NCBI GenBank assembly: GCA_963667175.2
Contig: CAXXXF010000002.1
Coordinates: 96,001-160,000 of the forward strand
Direction of reading: 5' to 3'
Length of the DNA: 64,000 nucleotides
Origin: Candidatus Latescibacterota bacterium
GTDB lineage: Bacteria > Latescibacterota > UBA2968 > GCA-2709665
Position 1 is the stretch's first letter. Each line of letters opens with the position of its first letter. The position numbers and the translations under genes are program-made. Under the pieces are notes generated by a model. That model searched no databases, was not told the DNA's origin, and worked only from the letters and a program-made list of their open reading frames with translations. Shown here piece after piece: positions 10,754 to 20,269 of this stretch.

Positions 10754-11716
10754 ATGCCCCGCGTTTCATACGCCCAGGCGATAAGCGACGCCATCCGGGA
10801 AGAAATCGCCCGCGACGAGCGCGTCTTCACCATCGGCGAGGACATCGGTCCGGTCCGCGATCCTCAAAGCCTCTGGGACCAGTTCCGCGAACGCCGCGCG
10901 TGGCAGACTCCCATATCCGAATCGGGCTTCGTCGGGCTTGCGGTCGGCGCCGCCATGACCGGGCTGCGTCCGGTCGCCGTCATCATGTATTGCGACTTCG
11001 TGACCGTCTGCATGGACCCCATTGTCAACCAGGCCGCCAAGATCCATCTGATGTCCGGCGGCAACGTCGACGTCCCGCTGGTGATCCGCACGCCGGGCGG
11101 GGCCGGCACGCGTGAAGCCGGTCACCACAGCCAGAGCCTCGAGAGCTGGTTCGTCCATACGCCGGGCCTGAAAGTGGTGATGCCGGCCACGGCCGCCGAC
11201 GCCAAGGGCCTGATGAAGGCCGGCATCCGGGACGATGGCCCGGTCGTTTTTATCCAACATAGATTGCTGGGCGATATCGAAGAGGCCGTACCGGATGGCG
11301 ATCACGTCGTCCCCCTGGGCACGGCTGACGTCAAGCGCGAGGGCGCCGACGTGACCGTTGTCGCCGTTTCCTACGCCTTACGGAAATCGCTTCAAGCTGC
11401 TGAATCCCTGGACGGGGAAATCAGCGTGGAAGTGATCGATCCCCGTACCCTCGTCCCGCTCGACGTGGACGCCATCCTTCGCTCGGTCAAGAAAACCGGC
11501 CGCCTCCTGGTCGTGCACGAAGCCCCGACGCGCGGCGGCATCGGCGCGGAGGTCGTACGCCAGGTTACCGAAAAAGGCTTTGAACACCTTCGCAAGCCCC
11601 CTCTTGTCCTCGGCGGACTGAATACGCCGATGCCCTACAGCGCCCCGCTCGAAGACGCCTGCCTGCCTCAACCCAAAGACGTCGTAAACGCCATCAGAAA
11701 CTGCGTCCGCGCCTGA
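10754..11716 (+). CDS. TPP-dependent dehydrogenase E1 beta subunit
   Basis: GEDIG; TPISE.GF.GLAVGAAM.GLRP; HHSQSLE; EVIDPRTLVPLD. Confidence 0.92.
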   Translation: MPRVSYAQAISDAIREEIARDERVFTIGEDIGPVRDPQSLWDQFRERRAWQTPISESGFVGLAVGAAMTGLRPVAVIMYCDFVTVCMDPIVNQAAKIHLMSGGNVDVPLVIRTPGGAGTREAGHHSQSLESWFVHTPGLKVVMPATAADAKGLMKAGIRDDGPVVFIQHRLLGDIEEAVPDGDHVVPLGTADVKREGADVTVVAVSYALRKSLQAAESLDGEISVEVIDPRTLVPLDVDAILRSVKKTGRLLVVHEAPTRGGIGAEVVRQVTEKGFEHLRKPPLVLGGLNTPMPYSAPLEDACLPQPKDVVNAIRNCVRA

Positions 11717-11723
11717 GAGGACC

Positions 11724-11748
11724 AGGGCAGGTTTGAAACCGCCCCTAC
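11724..11748 (-). repeat. GTAG-type REP-like palindrome
   Basis: Minus strand reads GTAGGGGCGGTTTCAAACCTGCCCT: a GTAG foot followed by an imperfect hairpin. Confidence 0.6.
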
Positions 11749-11847
11749 CAGTCCGTTGAAAAAGTCGTTCTGCAGGCGAGGCCGAGGCATTGTGGCCGAA
11801 GACAAGGCGCGCGACCGACGCGAATCCCTGGATTCGGGGAGGGAGCG

Positions 11848-11866
11848 CCTGCCTGCTGCAGGCAGG
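11848..11866. repeat. 19-bp palindrome CCTGCCTGCTGCAGGCAGG
   Basis: Absent from MITE copy 2; identical reverse-complement copy at 21842-21860. Confidence 0.85.
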
Positions 11867-11898
11867 CAACGCCGTATTTCGGTCGCAAGGGCCGGACG

Positions 11899-11926
11899 CC
11901 TGTCTGCGTGCGAACGCACAGGCAGG
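11899..11926. repeat. 28-bp imperfect palindrome CCTGTCTGCGTGCGAACGCACAGGCAGG
   Basis: Absent from MITE copy 2; shares CCTGYCTG...CAGGCAGG ends with the 19-bp element. Confidence 0.8.
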
Positions 11927-12063
11927 CAGACCGGATGGACTTTTTCAACGGGCTGCTACGGTCGCGCGTAGAACCGCTCCCACTTGCGCTGACACGCTGT
12001 GGTTGCCCCACCGTCGTTGTGCGGGTACGCTTTCCTGCGGACGGATCGAGAGCGGGTCGTCGG

Positions 12064-14451
12064 TTACTCAGCCTTCCCCAGGCGATAGCCGACGCCAAAC
12101 TCAGTGAAAATATACGCGGGGTCGTTGGCGTCGTCCCCCAACTTGCGGCGGAGTTTTTTTATCGTTGTACGCAACACCTGAGTATTGTCGAAATTTCCTA
12201 TGCGCCAGACGGTCTTCAACAGGTGTTGGTAGGTTAATATCCGGCCGGCGTTGCCCGCCAGCTCGGCCAACGTCCGGTATTCGATTTCGGTTAATCGCGC
12301 CGGCGCGCCGCCAACCGTCACCCGACGCGATACGTAGTCTATGTTCAGGTCGCCCAGCGCAAAGGGGCTCGTGGGCTGTGACCGATCACCGGCCGGCCGT
12401 CGTCGCAGCGCCGCTCTGATCCTGGCCGTCAGTTCCATCACGGAGAAGGGCTTGACGATATAGTCGTCGGCGCCGGCATCGAAAGCCCTGGCGACCGCTT
12501 GCTCGTGGCCGTACGCGGAAATGAAGATGACCGGCACATCCGCGTCGTCCACGATGCGACCCATCAGTTCGACCCCGTCTGTTCCCGGTAGTACCAGGTC
12601 CAGGAGGACCAGGTGGGGACGATACCTTCGTATTAACCCGGGCACTTCCTCCGGATCGCCGGTGACGAGCGGCACATACCCCTCGTTCGAAAGCGCTGCC
12701 CGCACGTTGCGCAGCGTCTGCGGATCGTCGTCCACAATCAGGATCGGGGTTGATCGCTGCCCATTTTCATCCGGTCCTGCAGTGGCTGCAACGCCTTCTG
12801 CGCTCCGCACGTGCCCGGCTTCCTCTGTAATTGGAATGCTGAACCTGAACGTTGCTCCCCTTCCAACCCCTTCGCTCTCTGCCTGTATCCGTCCGCCGTG
12901 GGCTTCCACGATTCCCTTGCAGATGGCCAGACCCCAACCCGTCCCCGGATTACCTCGCGCATCCTCGTCCGCATCCCGCCTGGGGAACTTCCTGAACAGG
13001 AGGGGAAGACGGTCGGCGGAGATGCCGCGGCCTCTGTCAGCAACGGAGACCGATACATGCACGCCGTCCCGTGTCGCCGTCACGCGGATCGGAGAGGTCC
13101 GGGGAGAGTTCCGGGCAGCGTTGGAAATCAGGTTCTCCAATACCTGCACGATTCGCCCGCCATCCGCCATGACCGGGGGGAGATCGGTCTCCAACTCCAG
13201 ATGGATTTCGTTTTGACCTCCGCTATTGAGGAACGTATTCCGGGCCTGATCGACCAGATCCGTTATTGGCGTACATACCGGATTTATCTGAAACGTCCCG
13301 GTCGCGATGCGCGCGACGTCCAGCAGGTCGTTGATCAGTCCATCCATTCGGTCGGATTGATCCACGATGATGCGGAAGATTTGCACGATTTCGGCCGTTC
13401 CCATGGAGGTCGCGTCGATCAGCCCCGACGTCGCAGAGCTATTTATGGCCGCCAGTGGCGCGCGCAACTCGTGGCTTACCATGGCCAGGAACTCGGCCCG
13501 CAGGCGCTCCAGTTCATCCAGATGGGTCATGTCCTGCATCGTCACGACAAAGGACTCGATGATGCCTGCTTCCGAACGGATCGGCGTCGCATTCAGAAGG
13601 ACAGTCACGCTTCTGCCGTCCGGAACCCCTAAGATCACCTCCTCTCCTCGAACCGTCTCACCGGTACTGAACGCATCCGCAAGCGATTGGTGCTGTAGTG
13701 AGACCATTCGACCATCGGCTCGTCTGATGGTCAGATCCTCCAATAGTTCCTCCGCGGAACCGTCGTGGAGTCGCAAGCCATCGAGGATTCTTTCCGTCTC
13801 CGTGTTCAAAGAGACAAGCCGCCCTGTTGCGGCTTCGAAGACGGCCACGCCCACTGGCGAGGTATCTATGAGGGCCTCGAGATCGGCCCGGACGCGCTGT
13901 TCCTCCCGGAATCGCAGGGCGTTTGTGATCACCAGGGCCGCCAGGGAGGCAAACGTCACGAGGATCTCTTCATCTTCAGCGCTAAACTCCCAGCCATGTG
14001 CCTTCTCGGACACGAAGAAGGCGCCCAGACTTCTGCCCTGAAGTCGGATCGGCGCAGCCAGAAACGACAGCTCAGGGCTCGTCGGAACGGGCGGGCTGAA
14101 CCTGGGCAGACCAAGCGAGCGTGTGTGGCTGTGAAAGTTTCGCAGCCTCAGCGGCGCTTCCAGACTTCGAAATTGCTTGAAGATCGTCTCTCCCTCAGGG
14201 GAGTTCCACAATTGCCTGGTCTCTTCGGGCGACATGCCGGAGGTGAGATTGTCCCGCACCTGCCCGGCATCGTCGAATAACGTAATCAATCCGTACTTCG
14301 CGTCGGTCAGCGAACGTACGCTGTCCACCACGCCGCGCAACACCGTCTCAAAGTCAAGGCTCGCGTTGATTCGCGCGATGGCCTGGCTCAATGGCGTCAG
14401 TCGATCGTTCGGCTCGTTACTCATTCCTGCACGTTCGTCAATACCGGTCAT
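12064..14451 (-). CDS. Hybrid sensor kinase/response regulator (GAF-PAS-HisKA-HATPase-REC-OmpR wHTH)
   Basis: H-box SHELRAPL; NLISNA; D.G.GI; GTGWGLAICK; REC motifs ILIVDDD, LLDL and KPF; C-terminal LRRKLGDD...YI.TE.GVGYR. Confidence 0.9.
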   Translation of the reverse strand: MTGIDERAGMSNEPNDRLTPLSQAIARINASLDFETVLRGVVDSVRSLTDAKYGLITLFDDAGQVRDNLTSGMSPEETRQLWNSPEGETIFKQFRSLEAPLRLRNFHSHTRSLGLPRFSPPVPTSPELSFLAAPIRLQGRSLGAFFVSEKAHGWEFSAEDEEILVTFASLAALVITNALRFREEQRVRADLEALIDTSPVGVAVFEAATGRLVSLNTETERILDGLRLHDGSAEELLEDLTIRRADGRMVSLQHQSLADAFSTGETVRGEEVILGVPDGRSVTVLLNATPIRSEAGIIESFVVTMQDMTHLDELERLRAEFLAMVSHELRAPLAAINSSATSGLIDATSMGTAEIVQIFRIIVDQSDRMDGLINDLLDVARIATGTFQINPVCTPITDLVDQARNTFLNSGGQNEIHLELETDLPPVMADGGRIVQVLENLISNAARNSPRTSPIRVTATRDGVHVSVSVADRGRGISADRLPLLFRKFPRRDADEDARGNPGTGWGLAICKGIVEAHGGRIQAESEGVGRGATFRFSIPITEEAGHVRSAEGVAATAGPDENGQRSTPILIVDDDPQTLRNVRAALSNEGYVPLVTGDPEEVPGLIRRYRPHLVLLDLVLPGTDGVELMGRIVDDADVPVIFISAYGHEQAVARAFDAGADDYIVKPFSVMELTARIRAALRRRPAGDRSQPTSPFALGDLNIDYVSRRVTVGGAPARLTEIEYRTLAELAGNAGRILTYQHLLKTVWRIGNFDNTQVLRTTIKKLRRKLGDDANDPAYIFTEFGVGYRLGKAE

Positions 14452-14774
14452 TCTTCCTCCCCTGTTGTGCAGAACCCGCCCGGATCATTCGATTGCCCAC
14501 GATTGCAAATACCGCTGAATTCCTGACTGCAGGCGCCTACCCGTGCCGTATTGTGAACTCTGCATTGCGGCACGTCTGAATATAAGGAAAAACTCCCCTG
14601 AAGAAGGATCAATCACAAAATTAACACACATATTGCCCGATTAAACACATCGGACACACAGATTTCTTTCTAGTTTTCCGTTCCGGAATGTGTTTGGTTC
14701 GTCAAACCACGCCAGGCCGTTCGGCCACTTCTGACGCGAGGCCCTCCGGCCATGCTGTGGAAGCCGTTGTGAGG

Positions 14775-14800
14775 GTGGGGCAGACATTCCTGTCTGCCCA
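14775..14800 (+). repeat. REP-like palindrome GTGGGGCAGACATTCCTGTCTGCCCA
   Basis: 9-bp stem GGGCAGACA / TGTCTGCCC with a GTGG foot, intergenic. Confidence 0.55.
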
Positions 14801-14886
14801 TGTCCGCTAACCTGACTTGTTTCTGAGGAGAAGCCTCGCCGGATCACGGAAATCTTGATCGAGGTTGGTAAATCGGTAGGTCGTCT

Positions 14887-15993
14887 ATGAGACTGTTTTC
14901 AAGCGTCATGATTCTGTCGGTCCTGACGACGGGTCCTGTTTACGGCCATAGCTTCGGCGAAGGATTTCGCGTGACGCCTAAGGACATAGCACCCTTTGTG
15001 GCACTGGCCGCCGTGTTCGGACAGGCGTTCGGGGACGGGAATTACAACGTTATGCAGGATCTGCCGCCGAGGATCCTTGCGGACAAATACCTGATGCAGG
15101 CGGAGCAACTCCTCGAGAAGAAGGAATTCGACGGCGCGCTGAAGTTCGTTGAGAGGATCATCGCACTGCGCAAGAAACACGGCTTCGCCTTGCGGGACGA
15201 GTTTCATTACAAGCACGCCAGGATTGCATACGCTGCCGGGAGGATCCCAACGGCAATCACTGCCGCGAGCGCGTATCTGTCATCCGGCAGTGAGGGAGAA
15301 TTCTATAAGGATGCGATGGCGTTGTTGATCAAGGCGCAGGAGCTCGAATTTACACCCGACAAGACGTGCACGGGCAAGTCGGAGGGCGGCGGCTGTTGGA
15401 TGGCGCTGGCAAACCATCCTGACTGTTACGTCTGGAACCCCTACCCTGTGAAGGACGAAACCGTGACATGGACTGGCGGCTGTGCAGGAAACGTGGCCAA
15501 CGGCGAGGGAACGCTCACGTGGGCTGTCTCTGACGGCGACTCCAACAAGGTGACGTCAACAAACACAGGCCGGTTGCATTACGGAAGATTCGATGGTCAT
15601 TGGGTGTTGCGTTTTCCAGATGGGCCGGACCATGAAGGTCCGTTCGTGGATGGGAAGGCAAACGGCCATTGGATCTTACGCCATTCGGATGGGAGGGTTA
15701 GTGAAGGTCCTTTTGTTTCCGGAAGCAGAAACGGCCATTGGGTCGAACATTACTTGAATGGGTATGTCGGAAAAGGTCCGTACGTGGATGGGAAGCAAAA
15801 CGGTTATTGGGTCGTCCGGAAGAATAATAGTTATAAAAGTAAGGTTAGATTCGTGGTTGGGAAGCAAGAAGGCAGTTACCTGCGGTTCCGTCCGGATCGG
15901 CCGACCGGAGAAAGATGCAAGTCTGCCACGTATCGGAATGGCGATCGAGTAACGGAATGGAACGTCGTGAACGAATCAATGTGTGATTTCTAA
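14887..15993 (+). CDS. Secreted protein: TPR-like N-domain, Cys/Trp module and MORN-like repeats
   Basis: Signal peptide; helical domain; CW..L..HPDCYVWN...VTWTGGC; three to four ~23-aa G.W.....DG...EGPFV.GK repeats. Confidence 0.7.
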   Translation: MRLFSSVMILSVLTTGPVYGHSFGEGFRVTPKDIAPFVALAAVFGQAFGDGNYNVMQDLPPRILADKYLMQAEQLLEKKEFDGALKFVERIIALRKKHGFALRDEFHYKHARIAYAAGRIPTAITAASAYLSSGSEGEFYKDAMALLIKAQELEFTPDKTCTGKSEGGGCWMALANHPDCYVWNPYPVKDETVTWTGGCAGNVANGEGTLTWAVSDGDSNKVTSTNTGRLHYGRFDGHWVLRFPDGPDHEGPFVDGKANGHWILRHSDGRVSEGPFVSGSRNGHWVEHYLNGYVGKGPYVDGKQNGYWVVRKNNSYKSKVRFVVGKQEGSYLRFRPDRPTGERCKSATYRNGDRVTEWNVVNESMCDF

Positions 15994-16534
15994 TTCGATC
16001 AACCACATATCGCAGCCAGTCATTGCGCGAACTCATCAAGAATCGTAGCGCTGTGCGTCGAGAATAGATCGCCAGGGTGAAGAGGAATCGACAAGAAGTG
16101 TAAATGCGAACAAGCGCGAGAATCGGTGACCGGCGAAATACCTCTCGCAGTATCGCCGGACCGTTCCGGCCGTAAATGACCCGGGCGCACACGACCGGAC
16201 CATTCCGCCAAGCGCGGCCTGACGTCGCCGAATCCGGACGGCCCAGCGGGCCGGAGACGGCACAAGAATGCCGCAGATGTCGCAAAATGCGACAGTTCGT
16301 CTGCGGCCAAGCGGAATGACTCACGCGAAGTTTGCAGGGGAGATATCGATCTGAGAAGGGGGCAAGATCGCGGAAGCAGGGCGAGAAAGGCCGGGTTGGC
16401 CCCCCGCGGGTACGGCGACTATTCAGATTGACTAGGTCCCAAATGCGAGCGTCGGGCGGCATAAAATGGCTGGCCGAAGATTTGGCACAGCGATTTGGCC
16501 TGTACTTCGCGTCTGCCAATTGAGGAGTTGTAGC

Positions 16535-17303
16535 ATGACGAAAATTAGGGGAACAACAAAGCGTATCGTCGGCGTGCCGCAATTCACGACATGGTCAAGC
16601 GTTTTAGCACCTATCTTCAAGATACCGCCGAGGCTAAAAGCATTCGCCCGCAAGGTAAAGTCGTGCCCTATAGCGCACATCCAAGGGATAGCCCGGACAG
16701 GACCATACATCATCCTTAGTTCGTCCTTCTACCCCCATGAAATCATAGTTGTAGATTCGTCGAACGAAAACCCTGAATACAAAAAGTCATATTCGTTGCC
16801 TGATTGCTATGAACATGCTGGAGGTATTGATGTACTCGAAACAGCTGAAGAAGACACCTGGTGTATCGCGGTGCCGGTGTGGAAGAAGACTGGCTCAGGG
16901 GGCGCGGTTTTACTGTATTCTCTTAAATGCGGGTGTGAGGGTCAACCATGTCTCACTCATCGCGCCTCCATTAGGATAGACGAGAAGGCGTACGCAGCCG
17001 GTATTGACAAAATCGGAGAGCGTATCGTGTTGGCTGTGGTATGCGACGCAGATGGTAAAAAGGTACGGTTCTTCAAATCTAATACTACCGACCCGTTTGG
17101 TGGCTACACCCAGTTAGGGAATGTGTGGTGTGAGTCGCGTGCAAACAAAGACAACTGGTATCCAGACCAAGAATGGGCAGGCTACCCTAATAACGTGTCG
17201 CTCGTATCCTATCAGAATTGCCTTTACCTGATCGGGTTAAAGGGGATCGGTAAGTGGCGGCGACTATCGTCGTTGATCGGGTTGTATAAAAAAACAAAGG
17301 ATA
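16535..17303 (+). pseudogene. Hypothetical protein, 5' part, interrupted by IS3
   Basis: GAGGAG RBS and ATG at 16535; frame continues at 18903 once the IS is removed (..TKD|IADLYKV..). Confidence 0.7.
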
Positions 17304-17381
17304 CCCTACGTGCCAATATAGGGTGAGACAACTCCCCCTTCGAGATTAATGTCGTATCATGGGCGGAGAGGAGAACAAGAG

Positions 17382-17849
17382 ATGAGGTCAAGGACCGATG
17401 TTGTAGGCAACGGCAGCAAGGGGTCTCTGGTTGTGGAGGTCCCGCGCGGGACCTCCACAACCACGAGGCCGAATCCGGAAGTGCCGGCGCGTGCGCGGCG
17501 TCGCCGTTTCACGGCAAAGTACAAGCTTCGCATCTTGGAAGAGGCCGACGCGTGCCGTGCCCCTGGTGAAGTCGGCGCGCTGCTGCGCCGCGAGGGTCTG
17601 TATTCCTCGCAGTTGACGCAGTGGCGTCGTGCGCGTCGCGAGGGGTCGCTCAAGGCGCTGTTGAAGCTGCGGGGACCGAAAGGGCGTCGCCGCGACGAGG
17701 TATCCGTCGAGAACGAGCAACTGCGCAAGGAGATCGCCCGTTTGCGACGACGATTGGAACAGGCGAACACGATCCTCGAGATCCAAAAAAAAGCCTCCGA
17801 GATCCTGGGCATCCCCCTGAATCCGCCAGCAGGCGACGACGACGTATGA
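17382..17849 (+). CDS. IS3 transposase OrfA (HTH)
   Basis: RRRFTA.YKLRIL.EAD.C...GE.GALLRREGLYSS.L..WR; A8G slippery run near 17785 for -1 frameshifting. Confidence 0.88.
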   Translation: MRSRTDVVGNGSKGSLVVEVPRGTSTTTRPNPEVPARARRRRFTAKYKLRILEEADACRAPGEVGALLRREGLYSSQLTQWRRARREGSLKALLKLRGPKGRRRDEVSVENEQLRKEIARLRRRLEQANTILEIQKKASEILGIPLNPPAGDDDV

Positions 17850-18859
17850 TACGGGCGGCAGAACAACTGGCCCCGAAGGTCGGGTTGGCTTCCGCGTGCC
17901 GGGCCCTGGGTGTGGCGCGGGCATCGGTCTACCGTGCGCGTCAGCCAGCCCAACGCGGGCCTCGTGGCGCCCGGTCCTCGTCGCCACGTGCGCTTTCCCA
18001 AAACGAGCGCGCTACCGTGCTGGACATCCTGCACGAGGACCGCTTCGTAGACCAGGCGCCACCGGCAGTCTACGCCGCGCTGCTCGAGGAAGGGCGGTAT
18101 GTCTGCTCGATCCGGACCATGTACCGTCTGCTGCACGATGCAGGAGAGGTGCCCCAGCGGCGACACCAGCGGCGTCATCCACGTCTGGAACCGCCCCGCT
18201 TGATGGCGGATGCGCCCAACCAGGTCTGGACATGGGATATCACGCGGCTGCCAGGAACCCGCAAGTGGGAAACCTATCCCCTCTACGTCGTACTGGATCT
18301 GTTCTCACGCTATGTCGTGGCCTGGATGGTCGCCACAAGAGAAAGCGCCACATACGCCAAGCGCCTGATCACCAACGCCTGCACCAAGCAGGGCATTCAA
18401 CCCCGACAACTGACGCTGCACCAGGACCGCGGCGCACCCATGACAGCCAAGACGTTTTCGCAGTTGCTGATGGACCTCGACATCCTGGCCAGCTACGCTC
18501 GACCCCGCGTCTCCGATGACAACCCGTATTCCGAAAGCCAGTTCAAAACGCTCAAATACGCGCCTTCATACCCCGGGCGCTTCACCGGTCCGCAAGAAGC
18601 CCGCACCTATTTACAGACCTTCTTTTCCTGGTACAACACGCAACACCGGCACAGTGGACTGGGCTTACTCACGCCCGACACCGTCCACCATGGGCTCACA
18701 CAGCAGGTTCAAGCCGACAGACAATCCGTGCTGGATCAGGCTTATCACAACCACCCTGAACGATTTGTTAAGGGGCATCCTCGACCACCACACGTTCCGG
18801 ACCAAGTCTGGATTAACCAACCACAGAACACCATCGAATGCCAACAACTGCTACACTAA
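17846..18859 (+). CDS. IS3 transposase OrfB (rve DDE)
   Basis: PNQVWTWDIT; LDLFSRYVV; HQDRG; DNPYSESQFKTLK; WYN..HRHS. Confidence 0.92.
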   Translation: MIRAAEQLAPKVGLASACRALGVARASVYRARQPAQRGPRGARSSSPRALSQNERATVLDILHEDRFVDQAPPAVYAALLEEGRYVCSIRTMYRLLHDAGEVPQRRHQRRHPRLEPPRLMADAPNQVWTWDITRLPGTRKWETYPLYVVLDLFSRYVVAWMVATRESATYAKRLITNACTKQGIQPRQLTLHQDRGAPMTAKTFSQLLMDLDILASYARPRVSDDNPYSESQFKTLKYAPSYPGRFTGPQEARTYLQTFFSWYNTQHRHSGLGLLTPDTVHHGLTQQVQADRQSVLDQAYHNHPERFVKGHPRPPHVPDQVWINQPQNTIECQQLLH

Positions 18860-18898
18860 ACCCCAACGGGAGGTGTCTCATTTCTATTGACACGTTCC

Positions 18899-19132
18899 GA
18901 TATCGCAGATCTCTACAAGGTGAATATGTGCAGGGGACAGGTGGTTCTTCAGAAATGCGATCATTGGGAGTTTCAGTGCAAAAGACGGGCTTCATTTCGT
19001 TGGGGCGGGAATGCACGAGTGGTCAATGATTGCGGGAAGATTGAGGTGCTCACTTGTGACCTTTATGCTCGGGCTGGGATTATAAGCGGCGGTAAAACAG
19101 TGTTGTATGTAAATCTGTTCTATATTGGTTAA
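18899..19132 (+). pseudogene. Hypothetical protein, 3' part, after IS3
   Basis: In frame with 16535-17303 after removing the IS and one GATA. Confidence 0.65.
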
Positions 19133-19408
19133 TTGGGGGTTGTGTTGTTTCTTTCTTGACATGTTCCGTCAGACGCAACTTAGTTCGCTTGCGGATGTAA
19201 CGCTAATTCCTGAAGGAGGCTTGCCCCCTGGACCCCAAAAAGAGGCGAAGCGGAATGGTGGGCGGGGCGCCGCTCGTTTACGATCCGCGGCAAGCCGGCC
19301 GAGCAGGTCATCCGAAACGCGTACGCGGCCTATTGACAGATTTTCGGGAGATGGAAACGAGGGTATTCAGTCGATTACATCACACGAATCGAGGGAGGAG
19401 ATGAACAA

Positions 19409-20269
19409 ATGAAGCGATGGATATGGGCAGCCTATGTGTTTTGTGCAATAAGTTGTCTTGCTATTGCAGTGTGTTATCTCAATACCGATTGGGCGGTAGA
19501 CTTCTATGCGATCATTGGAGGGGTGTTGTATCTCTTGCTTGCTATTTACGGTATCCTGGTCGACAAGATCGCATTCCGAGTTGTGGAAATCTTGTATCGG
19601 GTATCGGGTCAAGTTGAGATGCTATATTGCGCCGATCTGTTGTTCATGCAACGTCCGCAGAGAGTGGTTCCGATCGACCTAATCACGCCAGTTGGGTGCC
19701 ATCCAGGTTTCAGACTTCCCGTCGACGTTTCTCCCTTCCGAGTGGTCTCGCCGACAGTAGAATTCTGGATCGCCAGGTATTGGCGCGCATGTGCTTGGGC
19801 GAGTTGGCTCGCGCGATCGCTTATCTGGTCTGATGGGACACCAGTTGGCCAGCAACTTCATGCACCAGCCGGCCGTGCAGGATGGTTGGAATTCTCGAGC
19901 GTCAAGTACCGTTGTCGGAAGCACGCCCTGTCAACTGGGATTCGCAGGTACATCATTGTGATCCCGCCGATCGGATTTTCAGCGGTCACATCCGCCCGAC
20001 ACTCCAACACGGCTCAGCTACCGCTCCTCCCGGTGATCAGGACGGACGCGAATTCGCTTAACAGTCCGTTGAAAAAGTCGCTCTACAGGCGAGGCCGAGT
20101 CATTGTGGCCGAAGACAAGGCGCGCGACCGACGCGAATCCCTGGATTCGGGGAGGGAGCGCAACGCCGCAGTTCGGTCACAAGGGCCGGACGTAACCCGG
20201 ATGGACTTTTTCAACGGGCTGTTAAGGGTGGAACCGACCGAGATATCGGTAGACGCACCGACGACCTGA
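19409..20269 (+). CDS. Hypothetical membrane protein; probably only the N-terminal ~70 aa are genuine (ORF runs on into the MITE)
   Basis: GGAGGAG upstream and two hydrophobic segments at the N-terminus; the remainder is implausible and crosses MITE copy 2. Confidence 0.3.
   Translation: MKRWIWAAYVFCAISCLAIAVCYLNTDWAVDFYAIIGGVLYLLLAIYGILVDKIAFRVVEILYRVSGQVEMLYCADLLFMQRPQRVVPIDLITPVGCHPGFRLPVDVSPFRVVSPTVEFWIARYWRACAWASWLARSLIWSDGTPVGQQLHAPAGRAGWLEFSSVKYRCRKHALSTGIRRYIIVIPPIGFSAVTSARHSNTAQLPLLPVIRTDANSLNSPLKKSLYRRGRVIVAEDKARDRRESLDSGRERNAAVRSQGPDVTRMDFFNGLLRVEPTEISVDAPTT
20062..20221. mobile_element. MITE copy 2 (160 bp, no inserts)
   Basis: Same terminal inverted repeats as 11749-11955; TTAA duplicated on both flanks. 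Confidence 0.85.

Larger units (their letters stand above)
11749..11955. mobile_element. MITE copy 1 (207 bp), carrying two palindromic inserts
   Basis: Terminal inverted repeats CAGTCCGTTGAAAAAGTC / GACTTTTTCAACGGGCTG; CTAC duplicated on both flanks; homologous to 20062-20221. Confidence 0.85.
17304..18898 (+). mobile_element. IS3-family insertion sequence
   Basis: GATA repeated at 17300-17303 and 18899-18902; imperfect inverted repeats ACGTGCCAATA..TGAGACA / TGTCTCA..TATTGACACGT; orfA and orfB present. Confidence 0.9.

Noticed and set aside
16258-16500. Sigma54 promoter candidates near the TGTCGCA-AAA-TGCGACA palindrome (16278-16294)
   Set aside because: The GG/GC spacing does not fit the -24/-12 consensus; the palindrome alone is not enough to call a site.
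19180-19300. Imperfect inverted repeat as an integron attC site or ncRNA
   Set aside because: It lacks proper RYYYAAC/GTTRRRY boxes, has no second copy, and no integron integrase is present.
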